Below are positions 16,950 through 27,872 of a stretch of 64,000 bases of DNA, piece by piece (the first letter of the stretch is position 1; every line of letters begins with the position of its first letter). The notes below the pieces were generated by a model. It worked only from the letters and a program-made list of their open reading frames with translations. It was not told the origin of the DNA and did no database searches. The stretch spans positions 1-64,000 of the IMG/VR virus record IMGVR_UViG_3300008107_005910; one strand, given 5' to 3'. The translations under genes and the position numbers were made by a program. The stretch comes from a virus.

Positions 16950-17184
16950 TTAACACCTCATTGTTGGTTAGATACTGTTTTAATTCAGTAAAGCCGCCAA
17001 TGAGTTTTTCGTCTAAGAAGATTTGTGGAACCGAACGTGCTGTTGGAACTGATTCTAGTAAATCTTCCTTGGTGTAGCCATCACCAATTTTCTTTTCTGT
17101 GTATTCAATACCTTTTGATTTCAATAACGCCTTTGCTTGGTCGCAGTAAGGACAGTTATATTTGCTCCAAACGATTGCTTTCAT
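16942..17184 (-). CDS. glutaredoxin
   Basis: CPYC, SVPQIF, IGGF; next to nrdAB. Confidence 0.93.
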   Translation of the reverse strand: MKAIVWSKYNCPYCDQAKALLKSKGIEYTEKKIGDGYTKEDLLESVPTARSVPQIFLDEKLIGGFTELKQYLTNNEVLNG

Positions 17185-17186
17185 TT

Positions 17187-17372
17187 TTATACCTTTATCT
17201 CTCTCGGTGTACCCACTACAGCACCTTTGCCATACTGAGCTTGCAATAATTTTTTAGCCATAGCTGAAGTGGTAGATTGTGTGATAGTTTTTATTTGTAA
17301 CACACTACCGTTATCCTGTTTGACTCTTATTATTGCTTCAAACGATTTGATAATATCAGAGGCTCGTACCAT
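17187..17372 (-). CDS. small hypothetical protein
   Basis: AAGGA RBS; 61 aa. Confidence 0.6.
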   Translation of the reverse strand: MVRASDIIKSFEAIIRVKQDNGSVLQIKTITQSTTSAMAKKLLQAQYGKGAVVGTPREIKV

Positions 17373-17384
17373 TTGTTTTCCTTA

Positions 17385-18485
17385 TTATAACGCAGGCAAT
17401 GCGTTATAGTCAATGCCTTCACTCATAACACCAATTACATAATTGGTACTTTCACTTTCCTGTAAGGCAGTTTGTTTCTTGCTAGTGTCACTATGTTTGT
17501 TAAACCAAGGAATAGGAGTACTCTTTGGTGATGTATTCCAGTATTTAATGCCAATCTGTTTTAAAGCATCAGATGCTGTATAATCAACAAAGTCTTTTAA
17601 GATGTTAGCATTAAGACCAATCACAGGGCCCTTTTGGAAAAGGTAATCTGCCCAGGCTTTTTCTTCACGAATAACATCTCTATAAATCTGCAAAACTTGC
17701 TCTTGACATTCTTGTGCAATTTTGGAAAAACGCGGATCTTCTTTAACAACTTGATTAATCAAATAAGCAGTCCAACCTTTGTGTAATAGTTCGTCTTGCA
17801 GAATCAAGCTAATGATGTTTCCGTTACCAATAAAAATCTTATTCTCTACCATAGCAAGACTAGTAGCAAATGAAACCATAAAGCGGAATGCTTCTAATGC
17901 GTAACTCGCATGTAAAGCGAGCCAAATGGCCTTGATATGAACCTCTTCAGGTACCACTTCGCCAAGCTCTTTCCTGCTGTTGATGATATGCAACTCATCG
18001 TAATAACGTCCAATACTTGATGCCATATCGACAATTTCTTTAGTGTCATGGATTGTGTTGAATACTTCTTTGGGTACATTATATATGTTCCTAATGATGT
18101 GACTGTAACTACGACTATGAATGTTAGTTTCAAAAAATGTCCAGTTATAAACCAATGCTTCTAATTCTGGGAGAGAGACTACAGGGGCAAATACTTGGCT
18201 TGGTCCTCGACCTTGCAAACTATCTAGTGCTGTTTGACGCAAAAGGTTTGAAGTGAAGATATGCTTAACTGCTTCACTAGCATCTTTAAAATCGTTAGCA
18301 TCTTTACTCAATGTAATTTCTTCCGGGACCCAAAAGAACCCACGTGCTGTTGTTTCAAAGTCTGCAATCTTTTTATACTTTACTTCTTCAAAACGCTGAA
18401 TAGTAACTGGACCTGCTGGGTCTAGAAACATCTTGCGGTTTAGGTAGTCTGTCTTTGTGTTTAAGTTATATTGTTGTTTACTCAT
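17385..18485 (-). CDS. nrdB: ribonucleotide reductase class Ia beta subunit
   Basis: FFWVPEEI, ETNIHSRSY, LEAFRF, QDELLH, QE.E..NY. Confidence 0.95.
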   Translation of the reverse strand: MSKQQYNLNTKTDYLNRKMFLDPAGPVTIQRFEEVKYKKIADFETTARGFFWVPEEITLSKDANDFKDASEAVKHIFTSNLLRQTALDSLQGRGPSQVFAPVVSLPELEALVYNWTFFETNIHSRSYSHIIRNIYNVPKEVFNTIHDTKEIVDMASSIGRYYDELHIINSRKELGEVVPEEVHIKAIWLALHASYALEAFRFMVSFATSLAMVENKIFIGNGNIISLILQDELLHKGWTAYLINQVVKEDPRFSKIAQECQEQVLQIYRDVIREEKAWADYLFQKGPVIGLNANILKDFVDYTASDALKQIGIKYWNTSPKSTPIPWFNKHSDTSKKQTALQESESTNYVIGVMSEGIDYNALPAL

Positions 18486-18727
18486 TGTTTATCCTGTTTT
18501 GTTAGTGTTGGATCATTCCAAATATTTCTATTATATACAACTGACTCTTTTAAAAGTCTCCAAGTTTTTTCTTGCGGTGTTTCAGTCCATTCAAAAAATA
18601 AACTATTCATTGGCGGTCTACCAGTTGACTCGTCATATAAATTACGATGAAGGATATATGACTTTAGCCATATTGTTTTCCCACTGGTCATTTTAGTAGG
18701 TAACCAAGCAAACTTAATATTTTCCAC
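18482..18727 (-). CDS. hypothetical protein
   Basis: FAWLPTKMTSGK.IWL motif. Confidence 0.6.
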   Translation of the reverse strand: MENIKFAWLPTKMTSGKTIWLKSYILHRNLYDESTGRPPMNSLFFEWTETPQEKTWRLLKESVVYNRNIWNDPTLTKQDKQ

Positions 18728-19337
18728 TAGCTAATACTATTTTACAAATATGCTCTAATCTTTCAATATGCTCGTAAGCACGCCATGGACTAGTATCAAT
18801 TGCTACAACACCGTGACCTTTAATTCCTACGATATCATAGTCAATGTTGCCGTAGTGGTCTAACTTTAGATTTTCGTGGCAACGATCTGCAAGCTCTTGA
18901 CTGATAGGGGGAACATCGCCTACATTTGGCGCAACCTTAGTATAACGACTTAGTTCTGGAAAACTATCAACAATGGTGCTCAAGTCAATGCCGGCGTGCA
19001 TGGCAGCAACACAATATGTAGGATGCACATGTACAACAACCCTAACATCATTGCTGTGCTGACCCATGTTTTTTTGTAGGCCAAAGTGTAAAGGAATCTC
19101 GCCACTTGGTTTTAATGCACTACTGATTTCAGTATAAGGTTCGTCACGCCACATCAAACTACTAACAATCTTAATCTTCTTAAATTGATCAGGTTGTAGT
19201 GTTTGTTTACGTACACCGCTAGGTGTAATATAAAAGTGATCACGGTCGTGATGGCGGATACTGACATTACCATCACGACTAGTAATCCAGTTACGCTTGT
19301 AAGCGTCTACCATAATATCACATATCGTCTCTAGCAT
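18714..19337 (-). CDS. class II aldolase/adducin family protein
   Basis: GNVSIR, ITPSG, PSGEIPLH, VHVHP, GHGVV. Confidence 0.88.
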   Translation of the reverse strand: MLETICDIMVDAYKRNWITSRDGNVSIRHHDRDHFYITPSGVRKQTLQPDQFKKIKIVSSLMWRDEPYTEISSALKPSGEIPLHFGLQKNMGQHSNDVRVVVHVHPTYCVAAMHAGIDLSTIVDSFPELSRYTKVAPNVGDVPPISQELADRCHENLKLDHYGNIDYDIVGIKGHGVVAIDTSPWRAYEHIERLEHICKIVLASGKY

Positions 19338-19869
19338 TTATATGATCCCAATTAATTATTTTCCATTGATTTTCTAAATATTTCTTTTTATCTGCTTGGT
19401 AATCCAATGCCCAGGCATGTTCCCACCAGTCTATTAATAATACAATATCTTTTTTGATTTCATGATTTTTAATAGTTTTTATTTTGCCACTTTTACTAAG
19501 ATAGACCCAACCACTGCCTTGTATACTCATTGCTTCTTTTAAAAATTCATCTTTAAAATCATTAAAAGATTTAAAATGTTTGTTAATAAATTCTTCTATT
19601 TTACCAGTTGGAACATTTTTATTATTTGGTGATTGATATTGTTGAAACAATATATTGTGCAAAAATACACCAGCTTCATTAAAAAATGCATCGCCTTCTC
19701 TTTTATTATATCTTTCAGCGTAGGTCTTTGCTAATTTTTCATAATGATAATTTAACGTGTCTTCTGATATACAAGGATTTAGATCTTGTTTTTTATAAGG
19801 TAAAGGTTTAATAGATAGTTTATCACTCCTACCTTCTGTTATGAATCCTTTTATGAAGTCATAACTCAT
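19318..19869 (-). CDS. Fe/Mn superoxide dismutase-like protein
   Basis: LPY...L.P.IS, GSGWVYL, DWWEHAWALDY, IINW. Confidence 0.88.
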   Translation of the reverse strand: MSYDFIKGFITEGRSDKLSIKPLPYKKQDLNPCISEDTLNYHYEKLAKTYAERYNKREGDAFFNEAGVFLHNILFQQYQSPNNKNVPTGKIEEFINKHFKSFNDFKDEFLKEAMSIQGSGWVYLSKSGKIKTIKNHEIKKDIVLLIDWWEHAWALDYQADKKKYLENQWKIINWDHINARDDM

Positions 19870-22196
19870 AGTTTACATGCCTCACAATCTTCGTCTAATT
19901 CTTCTTGATGATAGCCGTTAACATAAGTCCCTAGTGCAGGTGCTACTTCTTCTTGCACTTTACTTCCTGCTTTATTAATTAGACTGTAGTAGAATGTTTT
20001 CAATCCCCACATGTGTGCCTGCATTAAATTCTTAGCAATCAATGTAGTTGGAACTTTTCTATCTGGAAAGTGTGCAGGATTGTAGAATGTATTTGTACTA
20101 ATACTTTGATCTACATAGGCTGCTAATACTGACGCAGTCTTTAGATAACCGTCACAGTCTTTCTGTTCCCACATTAACTGATACTTATTTTTTAATTTTT
20201 GATATTCAGGAACAACTTGTGTAAATGAGCCTGCTTTACTTTCTTTAGTTGAGATCAAGCTCATAGGCATTTCTATTCCATTAGTACTATTAATAACAAC
20301 ACTACTAGACTCAACTGGAGCAATAGCCATAAGAGTAGCATTTCGTACACCATGTTCTTTCATCTCCTTACGTAAGGTTTCCCAGTCAAGCTCAGGAGTA
20401 AAGTCTGCCAGTTCATTAACACCTTTAGAACGTGACTCCCATGGGAAAATGCCTTGGCCGTATCGGGTATGTGAGCTATGCTGACAAGCACCTCTTTCTT
20501 TGGCCAATTCAACAGTTGCTTCTGTTAGATAGAACGCTTGATGTTCCATCCAACTCTTAACTTCTTGTAGTGCATCTTTCTCACCGTACTTGTGTCCACG
20601 TTTAGCATGCCAATAGGCAAGATTAGTAACACCAATACCTAGAGGTTGGATTTCATCATTACTGAGTTTAGATTGTATTGATAAAAAGTCTTGGTAGTCC
20701 AATATATTGCAAAGGCTACGCTGAAGAATACGGCAAGCGCGACGCATGTCTTCCGGATTACGGAAAGCACCCCAGTTGATTGATCCCAACGTGCATAAAG
20801 CGATACGACCAGAATCGTCATCCAAACGTTTAAAGGGCTTAGTAGGTAGTAAAATTTCACAGCAAAGGTTACTCTGATAAATGGTATGATATTCAGGATC
20901 GAAAGGACCTTGATTCATCACGTTGTCAATAAACACTAGATAGATACGTCCAGTGTCAGTTCTTTCTTTTAGTATACCGCTTTTAAATACTTCCTCAGCA
21001 CTCATAGTCTTCTTACGAAGGCCGGCTTGCTTCTCATATTTGACATATAATTCTTCAAATAACTTAGTATCCTTGTAGAAAGCCTCGTACAAATCAGGTA
21101 CTTCATTAGGATCAAAGAAAGTAATATTTTCTTGATTTTTAAAACGACGCCAAAAGAACGCTGATAATACAACTCCGTAGTCCATGTGTCTAACGCGAGT
21201 TTCTTCAGTTCCTTGATTGTTCTTAAGGACAATAAGATCGTCAAACTGATGATGCCAAATAGGATAGAAAACTGTAGCAGATGCGTTTCTAATACCACCT
21301 TGACTGCAACTCCTTAAATCACCAAACCATTTCTTTAAAAATGGAATCATGCCAGTGTGCATGATTTCTCCACCTCTAATAGGACTACCTAGAGGACGTA
21401 AACGACCAATTTCTAAACCTATGCCAGCACGTTTACTAGCATACTTAGCCATCATTTCGCCACTAGCAAAAATGGAGTCAAGATCATCATCACTGCGAAT
21501 GAGTACACAACTACTGAACTGCTTAGTGGGAGTGCCAAGCCCAGCAAGAACAGGAGTAGCGAGAGTAAATAGACCGTCAGAAGCCGCATTGTAGTATTCC
21601 TTTATATAACGCATACGAGCACTATTAGGCTCTTCTTTATGGAACACAGTAGCAGCCGCTACCATGTAACGTATTTGTGGGGTCTCATAAATTTCTTTTG
21701 TAGCACGATTACGTACTAGATATTTTTCAATTAGTTGTTCAATAGCCGCATAAGAATATTCTTCATCCTTATCATGCTCCAACATATCATTCATTTTTTC
21801 CCAATCTTCTTCTGTGTACCACTGTAGAAGTTCTGGAGTATATAAACCAATATCTATATTTTTCTTAACTATTTCGTAGATGTGTGGGACTTGATAATCA
21901 CCATACACATCTTTACGTAACATACTTAATCTTTGTTTTCCTGCAACATATTGATAGTTGGTGTGTCCAATGTCTGGGTTGTGTTCAATGTCAATTAAAT
22001 CAACGATAGCCCTTAATGTGATCTCATCTATTTCTTTTGTTGTAATTCCGTTGTAGAAATGCGGCTGTGCTTTGATTTCAATCATTGACTGACTTACATC
22101 TGCTATCCCTGCACATACTTTAGCTACCTGTGCCTGCCACTTCTCTATCAGTAACGGTTCCTTGCTTCCATTTCTCTTTGTTACTGTGATGGTCAT
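19866..22196 (-). CDS. nrdA: ribonucleotide reductase class Ia alpha subunit
   Basis: ATP cone VTKRNG, SSCVL, QSNLCCEI, C-terminal CEACKL. Confidence 0.96.
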   Translation of the reverse strand: MTITVTKRNGSKEPLLIEKWQAQVAKVCAGIADVSQSMIEIKAQPHFYNGITTKEIDEITLRAIVDLIDIEHNPDIGHTNYQYVAGKQRLSMLRKDVYGDYQVPHIYEIVKKNIDIGLYTPELLQWYTEEDWEKMNDMLEHDKDEEYSYAAIEQLIEKYLVRNRATKEIYETPQIRYMVAAATVFHKEEPNSARMRYIKEYYNAASDGLFTLATPVLAGLGTPTKQFSSCVLIRSDDDLDSIFASGEMMAKYASKRAGIGLEIGRLRPLGSPIRGGEIMHTGMIPFLKKWFGDLRSCSQGGIRNASATVFYPIWHHQFDDLIVLKNNQGTEETRVRHMDYGVVLSAFFWRRFKNQENITFFDPNEVPDLYEAFYKDTKLFEELYVKYEKQAGLRKKTMSAEEVFKSGILKERTDTGRIYLVFIDNVMNQGPFDPEYHTIYQSNLCCEILLPTKPFKRLDDDSGRIALCTLGSINWGAFRNPEDMRRACRILQRSLCNILDYQDFLSIQSKLSNDEIQPLGIGVTNLAYWHAKRGHKYGEKDALQEVKSWMEHQAFYLTEATVELAKERGACQHSSHTRYGQGIFPWESRSKGVNELADFTPELDWETLRKEMKEHGVRNATLMAIAPVESSSVVINSTNGIEMPMSLISTKESKAGSFTQVVPEYQKLKNKYQLMWEQKDCDGYLKTASVLAAYVDQSISTNTFYNPAHFPDRKVPTTLIAKNLMQAHMWGLKTFYYSLINKAGSKVQEEVAPALGTYVNGYHQEELDEDCEACKL

Positions 22197-22261
22197 TCTA
22201 TCGCCTCTGTCTTTATTAGATTTTTTATTTATGGTAAAGAAATTTCTCTACCAAGCAATTT

Positions 22262-22687
22262 TTACTTGTAGTCTGGCAATGGTGTTGCCGTTTGTAGCAC
22301 TAACTCTTCCGGTAATTCTAACTCTTCTACCACTTCTCCGTATCGGTAGTTAAGTATTTTATTATCGATGCAACATGTATTATATACTGTTTTATTTGAT
22401 GTGTCTAGATAGGTCCGTATCTCAATTTGACTTTCATTAAAACGCTTAGTTAATTTTAGCGTGTGCCCAATCATCAAATTGATGGTTAAATCATTATATT
22501 TTCCATCTTTGATGATTTGCCAAGGGTCGGGCCAAGTATCAACTCGATATGGGTCTAGATGTTTATTTACCAAAGGAGCCATAGACCAAAACTTGATTGT
22601 ATCTTCAATTGGGCTATGGCTCTCTTCTAATTTATTTCTAAATTTTTTCCAAATGGTAAATTGTTTTTCGTAACTATTTTGAAACAC
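22262..22687 (-). CDS. hypothetical phage protein
   Basis: 141 aa, WPDPWQII motif. Confidence 0.65.
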   Translation of the reverse strand: MFQNSYEKQFTIWKKFRNKLEESHSPIEDTIKFWSMAPLVNKHLDPYRVDTWPDPWQIIKDGKYNDLTINLMIGHTLKLTKRFNESQIEIRTYLDTSNKTVYNTCCIDNKILNYRYGEVVEELELPEELVLQTATPLPDYK

Positions 22688-22697
22688 TTATTTCCTA

Positions 22698-24461
22698 TTA
22701 TACAAACGCTCGATAGCTGTTAACTATAGTAACCTTATATGTGATTGATGCTTCACCGCCTGGACCTGTAGGATTAGAATATCTAACAATCAAAGTAGGA
22801 CGATCCTCAACGCTTTCATCCAATGTTGTTGGATTTATCTTTACTGATGGAAGGTTACTCACTGTTGCATAAAATTGTACATTACCACCTATACCATTTC
22901 CAATTGTTTCTGTTATACCATAATATACAAAGTCATCATCAAGTGTTGGTTTAATTATTCCACTTGCCATGTCTGGGTGTACAGAAATAGTAAGTGTTCC
23001 TACTCTATAGAGATCGTTTGACGATTTTCTTATAACATAGTCTATGATTATTTTTGAAGATGACCAAGCAGGTGTCTTAAGTAAAATTTTTGGAGTTACA
23101 ACAGGTGTACTATCCAATAATGCCAACGATCTTGAAGGATATGAAACATTGTTTATTCCTAAAACATCTGGCAAGTAAGCGACTAATCTACTTGGTGAAC
23201 TAGTTTTGTTTGAATCAATATCAATTATAGAGATATTTCTTTGAAAATAATCACCGTTACTATAACTATTTGAAATTCCAAAATCTATAACTGGAGTAGT
23301 TGGCTGACTTTGTTCAGCACTATTATTTCCTACATCATAAAATTTATTATTCAAACTTCTATGTCCGCTACTTGAAGAATTATTGAAAACTTTAAAAGCT
23401 TCTGCATCAACTTTATCAAAAGTACAATTTTCTACAACATAGTCCTGTGGACCAAAATTTTGACCAACAGTGTTAGTACTAGTTTTTGCTAAGGTCAAGC
23501 CTCTAAATAAATTAATAAATGAGCACTGATTAAAAGTCAATTTATTTGAATCATAATCACAATAGATAGCATGAGCAATTTTTGTAAACTTACAGTCAGT
23601 GAAAAGAACATTGTCAGTGGTCACTGCGCCAAGTCCTCTTATTAGGATAGCACTACTAGAGCCAGCAATAACAGGACTTATTTCTTCTCCGTCACCATTT
23701 TCCCATGTGCCAACAAACTTACATTTGTTAAAATGACTATCTCTTAGACAATCAATAAATGCAATAGGGGTTTGATTGGATATTGCAGGATCACGTTGTA
23801 GTGTTACTCCCTCAACATATACATTGCTAGGAGCATTATCACTATTCATAAATTCAAACTTTTGATATGTACCAGGAGTACTTGATGTAGCCACAGTTTG
23901 AAATATTGGTTGAGAAGGAGCTATCTGATATATGATTGTGTTATCAGGACCATCACCAATTAAATTAAGATTAGATGGCACATAAAGAGCTGAACTAATT
24001 TTATAAATGCCTGCTGGAATTCTCAATTTAATATGACTTCTAGCTGAAGTTTTATTAATAGAATTTAGATATAACTGATCTATTGCACGTTGTAATGCGG
24101 CAGTGTCGTCAGTACCAATGCCGTTAGAAAAATCGCCTTGAGCACCAAAATCTCTAACACTTGCGATGTCATCTAGTTTTTGTTGTAGACTTCTACTATA
24201 TGGTGCATTACTATCAACACCTGTTTGAAGAACACCATCAGAATAGGTATATGCGCCTAGAAGACCAAATATATTACTGCGTTCAGTAAGTATTTCTGTA
24301 TTACCAACAAATGGAGAGCCTTCGCTAACGGAACCATTTCCAATATAAAGTTGTTGGGTATCTACAGCCCAACCAAATTCTCCACCACTTAACTGCGGTA
24401 AATTAGTTTGATTCTTTCTGCCCCTACGGACTTGAATTTTTGATATTTGCACAACGGCCAT
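22698..24461 (-). CDS. tail/baseplate protein with beta-helix (pectate-lyase-like) domain
   Basis: IQVRRG..LSGGEFGWAVDT..LYIG N-terminus; SVRDFGAQGD..TDDTAALQRAI. Confidence 0.75.
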   Translation of the reverse strand: MAVVQISKIQVRRGRKNQTNLPQLSGGEFGWAVDTQQLYIGNGSVSEGSPFVGNTEILTERSNIFGLLGAYTYSDGVLQTGVDSNAPYSRSLQQKLDDIASVRDFGAQGDFSNGIGTDDTAALQRAIDQLYLNSINKTSARSHIKLRIPAGIYKISSALYVPSNLNLIGDGPDNTIIYQIAPSQPIFQTVATSSTPGTYQKFEFMNSDNAPSNVYVEGVTLQRDPAISNQTPIAFIDCLRDSHFNKCKFVGTWENGDGEEISPVIAGSSSAILIRGLGAVTTDNVLFTDCKFTKIAHAIYCDYDSNKLTFNQCSFINLFRGLTLAKTSTNTVGQNFGPQDYVVENCTFDKVDAEAFKVFNNSSSSGHRSLNNKFYDVGNNSAEQSQPTTPVIDFGISNSYSNGDYFQRNISIIDIDSNKTSSPSRLVAYLPDVLGINNVSYPSRSLALLDSTPVVTPKILLKTPAWSSSKIIIDYVIRKSSNDLYRVGTLTISVHPDMASGIIKPTLDDDFVYYGITETIGNGIGGNVQFYATVSNLPSVKINPTTLDESVEDRPTLIVRYSNPTGPGGEASITYKVTIVNSYRAFV

Positions 24462-24496
24462 AGTAAGATATCCTTTAATTAAAGATATTTATCTGC

Positions 24497-25228
24497 TTAG
24501 CCTTGATGATAGTTCTTGTAGTAGTCCTCAACTTTATTAAGCCAAAGATCTTCATATCTTGCAAAATCTTGGGGCAAAAGATCAAATTGTTGATAGGTTT
24601 CTCCGCCTATTTTAACAGGATCATCACCTCTACTGCACATGAATACTACACCCCTACGAATGTTAGTTCCATATACTTCGTTGTGTGCCAATATATATGC
24701 TGTTAATTGTAAAAAATAATCTTCTACCCATTCGCGCTTTTTGGGTTTATTAGTTTGCTTATGATCCATTACAGCTGGTTCACCATCGTAAACACCAACT
24801 AAGTCTGTAGTTCCAGAATACAACCCTGGAAAATAAAGACTTTGTTCCATAGCCCAAACTTCATTTACTTTGCTCAAACCATTGTTAATGATTTGATCCG
24901 CCATGGCATTTGCTTTAACATGTACTGGATTATTGCCGGGCATACGTTCAACACCAGCTAAAAATCTTTCAATGTTAGAGTGCATGGCAGTACCAACACC
25001 ACTAGCTTCTTTAGTTATTTGTTTTGCATTTTCTTCACCAACACGTTTACGCCATTCATTCAAATGCGTCATATCCTTGGTAGCTCCAAGAATTGTTGTT
25101 ACGCTTGGTGTAGTATCTCCGTCTGGAGTTTGATATACTCTTTTTCCATTTAAATTAATTTGAACACAATTTTTATACTGTATTCTTTCAATAAAAGGTG
25201 GAGGCTGTATTATTGTTATATTATCCAT
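24497..25228 (-). CDS. PD-(D/E)XK exonuclease
   Basis: PSVTTIL, GTAMH, YSGTTDLV, DHKQT, YFLQL.AY. Confidence 0.85.
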   Translation of the reverse strand: MDNITIIQPPPFIERIQYKNCVQINLNGKRVYQTPDGDTTPSVTTILGATKDMTHLNEWRKRVGEENAKQITKEASGVGTAMHSNIERFLAGVERMPGNNPVHVKANAMADQIINNGLSKVNEVWAMEQSLYFPGLYSGTTDLVGVYDGEPAVMDHKQTNKPKKREWVEDYFLQLTAYILAHNEVYGTNIRRGVVFMCSRGDDPVKIGGETYQQFDLLPQDFARYEDLWLNKVEDYYKNYHQG

Positions 25229-25251
25229 ATAACCATTATAAATGATTTAGG

Positions 25252-25629
25252 TTAATTTGTCAAGCCAGCTTGAGCGGCTGAGCTTGCGGCTTGTTGTGTT
25301 GTTTTGGATATACCTTGATCAGTCTTTTCAAGGTCTGGTTGGTCTGGTAAAGTTTCTTTTGGAGGTTCTTTACTGGTGTTTAGAGTAACACTACTACCAT
25401 CATAATTTCTAATTAGCTGCCTTAGAGCTGGACTTTTTTCAACTGCCTGATCAATGATGTTACGATTCACAGAACCGTAACTACCAGATCTTTGTAATAA
25501 TTGACTTAGTGCTTCATAACTGATTTTTGCTACACTATCTTCTTTGTCGTACTTGTTTAAAGATAGTTGTAGCAAATTTTCTAAATCACCAATGAAGTCT
25601 TCGCCTTGATCAAATTCACGTAATAGCAT
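25252..25629 (-). CDS. hypothetical (probable head-associated) protein
   Basis: MLLREF N-terminus; coupled to upstream gene. Confidence 0.65.
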   Translation of the reverse strand: MLLREFDQGEDFIGDLENLLQLSLNKYDKEDSVAKISYEALSQLLQRSGSYGSVNRNIIDQAVEKSPALRQLIRNYDGSSVTLNTSKEPPKETLPDQPDLEKTDQGISKTTQQAASSAAQAGLTN

Positions 25630-26381
25630 TAGCGAGACAATTTAAACATTAAACTATTGCCTTCTGTGATAGATGGCATACGGAACTGACGGCTTTCACG
25701 CTTTTCACGGCCAGCAACTTCATCACCACCTGCGGCTGCATCACTTGCTCCAAATTCATCAGCACCAACGTCTGCTTCTAAATCATTTGCAAATTCGTCA
25801 CCTGTAGGTTCTGCCATATCTGCGGCAGGCTCTGCACCAATTGTTTCTGGATTACCTTCACCAGTTAAAACATTAACACCTGCTTCAACGGCTGAACGTG
25901 TAGTTTGTAAATGATCCATTGCGGCCTGTAGTGCAGGAGTAACAATAGCGCCAAACTCCTCAGCGGCTTGATCACCTAATGTATCTTTAATATCATCAGC
26001 AAGTGCAACCATTGTTTTAGTCATCATAGAACCAACATCTTCTAACATGTTCTTGATTTTGTTCTGCATGTCAATTGCGGCTTGCACCACACCTGCTTGC
26101 TTTGGATCAACTGCTTCAGCAATAGCAGATGCACGTTCTTCTAAATGTTGATTGATAACATCTAAAATCATTCGATCACGATTGTAGTTTTCGTTTTCAA
26201 CGTTTTCGTTGAAACGTCCTGTACTTTCCTGCTGACTTAGTTTAGTACGAATCTTGTTACGGAAATCCTCTAACTGCTCAGTAGTGTATTTGTCCAAATT
26301 GATCTTGGATCCATATCTTTTAGTGAAGCTTTCGCTTAAAAACTTAGCTGTCACTGGCTTGTTAAAATCTGTAGTTTTCAT
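25629..26381 (-). CDS. hypothetical protein (acidic C-terminus, possible head assembly)
   Basis: 250 aa; TAAATA upstream; function is inference. Confidence 0.65.
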   Translation of the reverse strand: MKTTDFNKPVTAKFLSESFTKRYGSKINLDKYTTEQLEDFRNKIRTKLSQQESTGRFNENVENENYNRDRMILDVINQHLEERASAIAEAVDPKQAGVVQAAIDMQNKIKNMLEDVGSMMTKTMVALADDIKDTLGDQAAEEFGAIVTPALQAAMDHLQTTRSAVEAGVNVLTGEGNPETIGAEPAADMAEPTGDEFANDLEADVGADEFGASDAAAGGDEVAGREKRESRQFRMPSITEGNSLMFKLSR

Positions 26382-26399
26382 AGGGGTGTCCTAAATTTA

Positions 26400-26894
26400 T
26401 TATGAGTATTTATTAGATTTCTCAATGCTTCTTAGGGAGTTGAGTAACCTTGAATACGAAATGTTCAAAGAATCCATGTGGTTTTTATGTTTAAGTCTAG
26501 ATTCTGTTAGTCTTATGTGATAGTGCTGTATACCAAACAAGTCTTTCTTTTTCAAAGAACTAGTAAAACGCTGTTCAAACAATGTTTTATCAAAGTCTGC
26601 AACGCCTGCATATCTGTCATCAGATAGCCATTCGTTCTTAACAGTTCTTCCAGAAGCCAGTGCATTAGCTATAAGCACGGCTGTTTGCAAATAATACAAA
26701 TTAGAGTATACTTTTTCCTCAAACTTATTATACACTGTATAACCAGTATTTTCAAGTACAATTTCGTAATTCTCTAATTTAATTCCACGATCAGTTTTCA
26801 TTGGAACAATGATTCCTTGAGAACGTAGGTTTTCTTTAACTTTATTTTTTAAAGTTTGAAGTTTTTGTATTAGAGCACGTTCTTCTTTAATCAT
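26400..26894 (-). CDS. hypothetical protein
   Basis: 164 aa ORF in co-directional block. Confidence 0.65.
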   Translation of the reverse strand: MIKEERALIQKLQTLKNKVKENLRSQGIIVPMKTDRGIKLENYEIVLENTGYTVYNKFEEKVYSNLYYLQTAVLIANALASGRTVKNEWLSDDRYAGVADFDKTLFEQRFTSSLKKKDLFGIQHYHIRLTESRLKHKNHMDSLNISYSRLLNSLRSIEKSNKYS

Positions 26895-27178
26895 TGCTGT
26901 TTCTTTGCTTGTTCGTATTGTTGTACTGCTAGAGCTGCCTGAGCTTGTTGCTCTTCAGCATCATCCATTGCAACGGCTGTTTGTGCTGCCTGCTGACTTG
27001 CCCCTGCTACGGCCTGTGCTATTTGAGGAAGAGCCATAGCAATGGCTGTTCCTGGATCTGGTGGCGGAGCAACTCCTGGAACCAACGGCAAAGCCTTTTT
27101 AATCTTAGTTCCAATAGGCCTGTCCGCTAAACGATTAGCATGTACTAGTTTTTCTGATATTATTTCGTGCCAACGCAT
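26891..27178 (-). CDS. hypothetical protein
   Basis: MRWHEIISE start; Ala/Gln-rich. Confidence 0.6.
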   Translation of the reverse strand: MRWHEIISEKLVHANRLADRPIGTKIKKALPLVPGVAPPPDPGTAIAMALPQIAQAVAGASQQAAQTAVAMDDAEEQQAQAALAVQQYEQAKKQQ

Positions 27179-27180
27179 AT

Positions 27181-27411
27181 TTAAAACTTCATTAAAATTA
27201 CGATAATAGTACTTATGACACCAGCAACAACTGTACCTGCTGTGCCAATCATAACTTTAGTCATGCTATGCTGGCTATCCTGTATAGTTTGAGCTAAACT
27301 GCTTACCTTGGTTTCGATACTACTTAGACGCTTTTCTAGCGAATCGTATCGAGATGCACATAATTCTACATGCAACTCTAAATTATCCTTCTCCAGCTCT
27401 TTTGTAGACAT
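27181..27411 (-). CDS. small coiled-coil protein with C-terminal TM helix
   Basis: LELHVELCASRY; hydrophobic C-terminus. Confidence 0.7.
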   Translation of the reverse strand: MSTKELEKDNLELHVELCASRYDSLEKRLSSIETKVSSLAQTIQDSQHSMTKVMIGTAGTVVAGVISTIIVILMKF

Positions 27412-27438
27412 CGACGCTCTCCAAATTATTAGTATTAT

Positions 27439-27804
27439 TTATTTGACAATGCTCACAAAAGTATTGGGGTGATTGCCTTTTGTTGTAATAATTGCCTGTT
27501 TTTGCTGTTTTACTTCATCTAAACCAGTCAAAATAGGCACTTGATGCAGGTCTTCTTTGAGTAATCCCAAAGGATCAACATCTGTAGCATACACAGCATC
27601 TCTATCTGTTTCCACCACCATGGTCCAACGATCTTTATCAAATTTTGGGGGATCTACTATTGTAAAGTTTGATCTCAGTCCTAAGACTTGATGAAACGTC
27701 ATGTAATTTTTAAATTGATTAAACTGTTTTTCTGTACCGTGCTCTTGACGTTTTACACCTGTATCAGTTATGTCAATTGTCGTGCTAATCTGAATTCTTT
27801 CCAT
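27439..27804 (-). CDS. hypothetical phage protein
   Basis: TTIDITDTG; DLHQVPILTGLDE; TAAATA just upstream. Confidence 0.65.
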   Translation of the reverse strand: MERIQISTTIDITDTGVKRQEHGTEKQFNQFKNYMTFHQVLGLRSNFTIVDPPKFDKDRWTMVVETDRDAVYATDVDPLGLLKEDLHQVPILTGLDEVKQQKQAIITTKGNHPNTFVSIVK

Positions 27805-27821
27805 GTGTATATTTAACGGCC

Positions 27822-27853
27822 AAAAAGAAAGGGCCCTTATAAAAAGAGCCCTT
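27822..27853 (-). terminator. probable intrinsic terminator
   Basis: AAGGGC..TT / AA..GCCCTT stem followed by T-rich run on the - strand. Confidence 0.55.
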
Positions 27854-27872
27854 CTATTAGCTTACGTTAAAA